Below are positions 59,049-64,000 of a stretch of DNA of 64,000 nt, in pieces (the first letter of the stretch is position 1; each line of letters begins with the position of its first letter). The DNA is from a virus: positions 8,190-72,189 of the IMG/VR virus record IMGVR_UViG_3300042893_001103. One strand, written 5' to 3'. Below the pieces are notes generated by a model. That model did no database searches, was not told the origin of the DNA, and saw only the letters and a list, made by a program, of their open reading frames with translations. A program made the position numbers and the translations under genes.

Positions 59049-59077
59049 CGAACATCTGTACGACGAACACATGTACT
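59049..59077. promoter_or_regulatory. Tandem Gram-positive-type SOS-box-like sites
   Basis: CGAAC-ATCT-GTACG and CGAAC-ACAT-GTACT versus consensus CGAAC-N4-GTTCG. Confidence 0.5.
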
Positions 59078-59318
59078 ACAGGTACCTATGGAAGTGCCTA
59101 TGGACCCACCATATGAACACCTCATACAAACAGTGTCAAGTAAATAGCCCATCAACCATGACGCCATACCTGATTGTGAATATCACCCTCTGGCATATCC
59201 AAAAGTGCGCCTCTCAAGCACGCTTTTGCACACACATCAATCACATCACCAAGTCGCATCAAACTATTAGTTACACACACTTCACACACCACACAGCGAG
59301 GTGTTCTACAATGAATCA

Positions 59319-62300
59319 ATGCCCTTCTCTTATGACATAGAACCAAACGACTCGTCTCGTCTAAGACGTCACATGTCAAGAGTAAAGAGTGATGACGCTC
59401 AAAGAATAGAAGTCAAAGCACTAGGCATGAACCTAGGTCAACTCGCAAGAGGCGCACAAGTCTTTGACCCTAACGCATACGATGGTGATGGTGATGGACT
59501 AGTACAAGACAGCACACCCTTTGAAAGACCGGCGGTGTTGTCTAACATTGCCTCCATAGCAAGAGGTCTCTCAAGCACCACGGGTGGCTACGGGTCATAC
59601 ACACCAGCAGGTTCTTGGACAGTAGGCCTCACCAATGAAGAGGTGGCAGAGAGGGCAATACCTGACAACCCTGCTGTTTTCATTGGCATGCTCAACGCTC
59701 AAGGCCCCATGGGTAGTACAGATGTGTACCTACTAGAGGCTCTCAACGATGTTATCTTTGACCCTGAGGGCGTTGCTAAAATACGTCAATCACTAATTAA
59801 AACATTAGATGATAGACCTGCATTACGTTCTGCCTTTGACAGGTTTGGTTGTCCACCCATAGGTCTACACCCCAAGGGCAAGCCATACAAAGGTCAAGCA
59901 CATGGTCATTACGCTATCTTCATTAACGAAGCAGCCATAGATGAGGGCGCAGTATCACGCTGGCTAGGTAAAACACCGGCACTAGCAAAACTATTCAATG
60001 AATCCATGATAGCGCCCAAGATAAAGGGCGTGAAGCGAGCATTCTCAGGAGACAACGCAGAGGACACCATCACTCATGAGTGGGGTCACTACTTGAACTA
60101 CCTAGTAGCAAACATCGCACCAGACGCACAACTGCGTGAACTCGCAGCGGCAATGGCATCAGACTCGTGGGGTTATGCACAGTGGAGAAGAACAGCATTC
60201 ACAGCGTTACCCAAAGGGGCAGAAAGATTATTCTCCTACTTTGGCGAGATTACAAGCAGTGAAAACTGGAACAAGAAACATGAACTGCCCGATGAGGATG
60301 TTCCGTTCATCAAGAGCGTGTATGGAACCACATCACCAGTTGAGTTCTTTGCCGAATCAGTGCAAGCATACTTCTCCCCCAACCCTAAAGATAGTGAACT
60401 TCTCAACTACGAAGGAACAGTGATTGTTGAGCAAATGCTTGGCATTAGACAAGTATCTCGTAGTGGATTTTCGTCACAAACAAGCGGTCTCAAAAGCAGT
60501 ACGGGTAACTCCATGCGTGGTAAGACGCCACAAGAAATTGCAGACATTGTAGTACCTAAGACCAAAGAGGAAGCAATCGCATTAGCCGACGCACATAACG
60601 CTTTGCTTGTTGACCCAGGTGGTACTCCATACACCGCATCAGAACCAAACACACTGAAGTTGATTACCCCCAAGGGCATTGACGGTATGGACTTCTCACC
60701 AGAAGCAGTGTCTCGTATGAAAGAGATGATAGTAGAAGCATTATCAAACAACCCCAACTTCTATGAAGCAGTACAAAGATTCGGCATGCCACCTGTCATG
60801 ACAACCAAACCAGGGGAAAGACTAGATGGCTCCTACGCTGTTGCGGGTGTAGAAGGTTTTCCTGCTATCACTATTGACTCTACTGTTAGGGAAGAAGCCC
60901 TAGTCAATGGGTTCCCTAATCGCATGTGGGAAGATGAACCATTCATCAAGGGAACATCACAATTCCTAATGGACCCCACGAGTGATGGGATGTTCGTTCA
61001 TGAATGGGGTCATTATCTGAATCGTTTAGTGATGAACGTACACCCAGATGAAGACATGAAAGACTTAGCACGCTTTTGGTGGCTAGATACTTGGGACCTA
61101 GATGAATACATACCACGTATTTCAAAACTTCTACGCAGATTCATAAAGCCAGACGACAGAGTGTCAGGTAGATACTCTTACGCTCAGAGATTCGGTAAAG
61201 CAGTAAAAAATAATAAGTCAGTCAACTTCACGGGTTACCCCCATGTAAAGACTCAGTATGGGCAGTCACAACCATCAGAAGCGTTTGCCGAAGCAGTGAC
61301 AGCAGTGCTCTCTAGCGACATAGACGAGAAGGATATGGTCAGTCCTGAACTACGCAAGGACGTTCTTGACATACTCGGTTTCTCGCCATCAGCAAAAGAA
61401 GTAGATAGAGCGGGTAGTTCAGAAGGAAGAAGTGCTGGATTCGCCTCAAAGACAGTAACAAGAGGTCTTGGCGTAAGGCTTATTACCAAGTCCGACCCGT
61501 TCACTCCACTCAATGGTCCTGACTGGCTAAAAGATGCTACGGATGAAGAAATAGCAGAGGCTGTCGTACCTACAAACATGGATGACTCCATAGCGCTAAC
61601 CGTGATGAACACGGCGTACGGTGCAGACCCAGCAAATTTTCCCACAGAAGCAACAGTAATTGCTGAACTAGCGGAAAGATTGCTATTCAAAGCAGAATGC
61701 ACAGACAGTACGGGTGCCCTAATTCGTGATGCAAACGGAAACGCTGCTTTTGTGTTTGATGTACCGATTGACTTCACTCCAGCAGGTAGACAAAAAGCCA
61801 AAGACATGCTCAGACGAATGATGGCAGAATCACCAGAGTTTGCATGGATGATTAGACGCTTCGGGTGTCCACCGGTATTGATTATGGATGAACAAAAACT
61901 TACCGACCTAAGAAACCAGGTTCAGGCGCTGCGTGATTCAGGAATGGACATACAGTTGCCTCCCCATCTTGATAGTGACTCTATTGGTGGTTTTTCAATA
62001 GCAACTCTTGGTATTACGCTTAGAACAAAACCAGGCAGAGATGACTTGCCGATGGGCTTCAATAGAGGGATAGCAGCGAGAAGAAGAACGGGAAGAAAAA
62101 TAACTAACCCAGACGGCACCATAGAGGACGAAACAGAACACTGGATGAACAACTTCGGTATTTCTCTTCCTGATGTCGGTATTCATGAATGGGGTCACTG
62201 GTTTTATTCAACCGTTCTAGGAAACAAATTACTATACAAGACGTATGGAATTAGAGGAAAAATGGGAGACAGACAATCTCGTCTTTCGTACCTATTTCCT

Positions 62301-64000
62301 GGTGTTCCTACTGCGGACGTTGAAAAAATGACAAAAGAATTCCTTGATGCTTTTGACGCAGAGGGTTTTATTCCTTTCAACACCATGAGTGAAATGCATA
62401 TTGACTCAATAGCCAAAGCGGCATACAGAAGCATAGGTAACAACTTAAGAAACAGACCACTACCAGAACAACTGGCTGCTGCTCAAAGGTTCACCGACTT
62501 AGTACAAGACTATTTAAATAACGTAGTTAACTCATCACGCGGGTGGTCTCCATCACGCGCACAAGAGTTTGCTGACCAAATAGCGCTTGAGTTTCCGTAC
62601 CTAGTAAATGACATGCCTCCACTAATAGCGGGAACCTATGCAACAGCAACTCGTCAAGAACTGTGGGCAGAGGCAGTATTACTATTCTCTTCACCTGACT
62701 CAAAGTTGAAAGCCAAGTACCTAACGCCAGAGATAGAAGCGTTTATTGCTTACGCTTTTGGGTTGAAGCCAGACAGAGACCCCAATACTCCATATCAAAA
62801 ACCTTGGGCATCTCGCAGTGGCTTCTCTTCTTCTTCACGGGTAAGAAGACTTCATGCAGCAGAGGACAGTATTCCCGACAGAGTCTCTGACAAAGATGAC
62901 GGGTTAGCAAGCAGAACTACTGGAGCATCAACTGCAAAGATGAGTCGTGAAGCCTCTAGTACTTCACGTTTCACTGTTGGTGACTACGACTTTGACATAA
63001 CCGACGAAGACCTATCTACATACGATTGGGATACCGCCTACGACCAGTGGACAACATGGTCGGGTAACTGGCGTATGCGTCACTTATCCTCAGCAATGAT
63101 GGGTATAGAACAGCAACCAACCAAGGGTGGCGAAGAGTCATTATCAACCGTCCACGAGATAATGCGTTCGGGTGAACTGTCAAACGCACCAGACCACGTC
63201 AAAGAATCGGTTCGTGAATCTCTAATCAACACTCACAAGACTATGGAAAAGATATCCATGGGTGAGACTATTAGTGATAGACCCCTCTACAGAGGCTTGG
63301 GTTCTGTTCCTGACGATTCAGAGATACTCATGGCAGAACAAGGCGAGACGATAACATTCCCACTTAGTGCTTTCACTCCAGACAGAAGCCTTGCTACAAC
63401 GTTTGCTGACATGAATGCCGAGAGTGACAAAAAAGTAATCCTCCAACTCAGAGATGGTGCCCATGTAGCATCTAGCGATTACACGACACAAATAAGAGAC
63501 CTAGAAAGCGACTGGATAGAAGTACCTATTGAATCTGTTACTCAGGGAGAATTTACTGTCGTCTCCAAGAGCGAGAAAGACGGGTACACAGTAGTAGAAC
63601 TGTCTCATGTAAATACGTTTGACCCATTAGCAGGAAGAATGATTCCCACAAACGCTCGTGAAGGTTTTGCTTCTTCCAGTATGAGGCCAGAGCGACGAGT
63701 GTCAGATAGTGCCATCCGTACGCTGACGGACAATATGGACTTCCTTCGTGACAATCCACCAATCGGCAAGGGTGGCAAAGACCTAGATGACCAGTGGGCA
63801 CAGAAGACAATAGAGAAACTACGCAGTGGGGAGATATCCCAAGAAGACGCATTTGACCTAATGAATGTCGTCATTGAGATACTCAACAACGGGTTCAACG
63901 AAGACCCAAGCCAGAAAGAAAACCCAGACGGCAAACTTCTTGCTTACCAAAAACTATCCAAGCGTCTACGCAGGCTCGCTGTCGGCGCTATGGACAAAGA
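59319..64000 (+). CDS. Giant polyvalent protein (>1560 aa, runs off the window): DGDGDG tag, three tandem zincin modules, R-S-E-type ADP-ribosyltransferase-like module
   Basis: Hand-translated with no stop to 64000: EVKALG...FDPNAYDGDGDGLVQDSTPFERP; HEWGH at 60075, 60999 and 62184, each followed by Y....E.[FW]AE; PLYRGL...SAFT...IESVTQGEF near 63280-63560; TACAAT 6 nt upstream of the ATG. Confidence 0.9.
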   Translation, partial: MPFSYDIEPNDSSRLRRHMSRVKSDDAQRIEVKALGMNLGQLARGAQVFDPNAYDGDGDGLVQDSTPFERPAVLSNIASIARGLSSTTGGYGSYTPAGSWTVGLTNEEVAERAIPDNPAVFIGMLNAQGPMGSTDVYLLEALNDVIFDPEGVAKIRQSLIKTLDDRPALRSAFDRFGCPPIGLHPKGKPYKGQAHGHYAIFINEAAIDEGAVSRWLGKTPALAKLFNESMIAPKIKGVKRAFSGDNAEDTITHEWGHYLNYLVANIAPDAQLRELAAAMASDSWGYAQWRRTAFTALPKGAERLFSYFGEITSSENWNKKHELPDEDVPFIKSVYGTTSPVEFFAESVQAYFSPNPKDSELLNYEGTVIVEQMLGIRQVSRSGFSSQTSGLKSSTGNSMRGKTPQEIADIVVPKTKEEAIALADAHNALLVDPGGTPYTASEPNTLKLITPKGIDGMDFSPEAVSRMKEMIVEALSNNPNFYEAVQRFGMPPVMTTKPGERLDGSYAVAGVEGFPAITIDSTVREEALVNGFPNRMWEDEPFIKGTSQFLMDPTSDGMFVHEWGHYLNRLVMNVHPDEDMKDLARFWWLDTWDLDEYIPRISKLLRRFIKPDDRVSGRYSYAQRFGKAVKNNKSVNFTGYPHVKTQYGQSQPSEAFAEAVTAVLSSDIDEKDMVSPELRKDVLDILGFSPSAKEVDRAGSSEGRSAGFASKTVTRGLGVRLITKSDPFTPLNGPDWLKDATDEEIAEAVVPTNMDDSIALTVMNTAYGADPANFPTEATVIAELAERLLFKAECTDSTGALIRDANGNAAFVFDVPIDFTPAGRQKAKDMLRRMMAESPEFAWMIRRFGCPPVLIMDEQKLTDLRNQVQALRDSGMDIQLPPHLDSDSIGGFSIATLGITLRTKPGRDDLPMGFNRGIAARRRTGRKITNPDGTIEDETEHWMNNFGISLPDVGIHEWGHWFYSTVLGNKLLYKTYGIRGKMGDRQSRLSYLFPGVPTADVEKMTKEFLDAFDAEGFIPFNTMSEMHIDSIAKAAYRSIGNNLRNRPLPEQLAAAQRFTDLVQDYLNNVVNSSRGWSPSRAQEFADQIALEFPYLVNDMPPLIAGTYATATRQELWAEAVLLFSSPDSKLKAKYLTPEIEAFIAYAFGLKPDRDPNTPYQKPWASRSGFSSSSRVRRLHAAEDSIPDRVSDKDDGLASRTTGASTAKMSREASSTSRFTVGDYDFDITDEDLSTYDWDTAYDQWTTWSGNWRMRHLSSAMMGIEQQPTKGGEESLSTVHEIMRSGELSNAPDHVKESVRESLINTHKTMEKISMGETISDRPLYRGLGSVPDDSEILMAEQGETITFPLSAFTPDRSLATTFADMNAESDKKVILQLRDGAHVASSDYTTQIRDLESDWIEVPIESVTQGEFTVVSKSEKDGYTVVELSHVNTFDPLAGRMIPTNAREGFASSSMRPERRVSDSAIRTLTDNMDFLRDNPPIGKGGKDLDDQWAQKTIEKLRSGEISQEDAFDLMNVVIEILNNGFNEDPSQKENPDGKLLAYQKLSKRLRRLAVGAMDK

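Noticed and set aside
58740-59379. Short ORFs in the track at 58740, 58847, 58999 and 59152
   Set aside because: They overlap the DnaA/SOS boxes and low-complexity CA tract, have atypical composition and no RBS; the region is better read as non-coding
60136-63934. Several short track ORFs, mostly minus strand
   Set aside because: Shadows of the long plus-strand ORF starting at 59319
1-64000. Stop-codon reassignment as an explanation for the giant ORFs
   Set aside because: Genes tile tightly in code 11, with TAA, TAG and TGA all used as stops; the only tRNA seen is not a suppressor

Overview
The window is a ~64 kb segment of a large tailed dsDNA phage with a contractile tail and an HK97-fold head. 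The host is probably actinobacterial, inferred from a TTGTCCACA DnaA box, CGAAC-N4-GTNCG SOS-like boxes and leaderless TANNNT promoters. Minus strand 1-22.1 kb: baseplate spike and hub, tape measure, frameshifted tail chaperone, tube, sheath and neck genes, an IbrA/IbrB-like PAPS-reductase/ParB module, a Rad52/Cas4-like/RuvC/HNH recombination block, and the large terminase. Plus strand 22.2-52 kb: portal, a 2174-aa prohead-protease fusion, about 16 kb of giant multidomain ORFs, the major capsid protein and small head-associated genes. These are followed by class II RNR, histone-like, HicA-like and LexA-DBD genes, tRNA-Arg(TCT), a DnaA-box/SOS-box intergenic region, and a >1560-aa ORF (59319 to the window end) that is missing from the ORF track. 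The most striking observation is a family of giant proteins with a shared grammar: an HK97-like K|[A/S/G]-[L/I]-G site, then a conserved FDPxA[WFY]DGD[GE]DGxxQ[ED]xT[PA][FY]xRP tag, then toxin-like domains (HipA/PI-kinase-like, zincins, ADP-ribosyltransferases, zeta toxin, HTH). About 22 copies of a G-[FLM]-x-S-[S/R/T/K/E/Q] linker separate those domains. I interpret this as a candidate capsid-packaged, proteolytically processed effector-polyprotein system; the motifs are seen in the sequence, the function is inference. All family calls come from motif recognition by eye, with no database searches.
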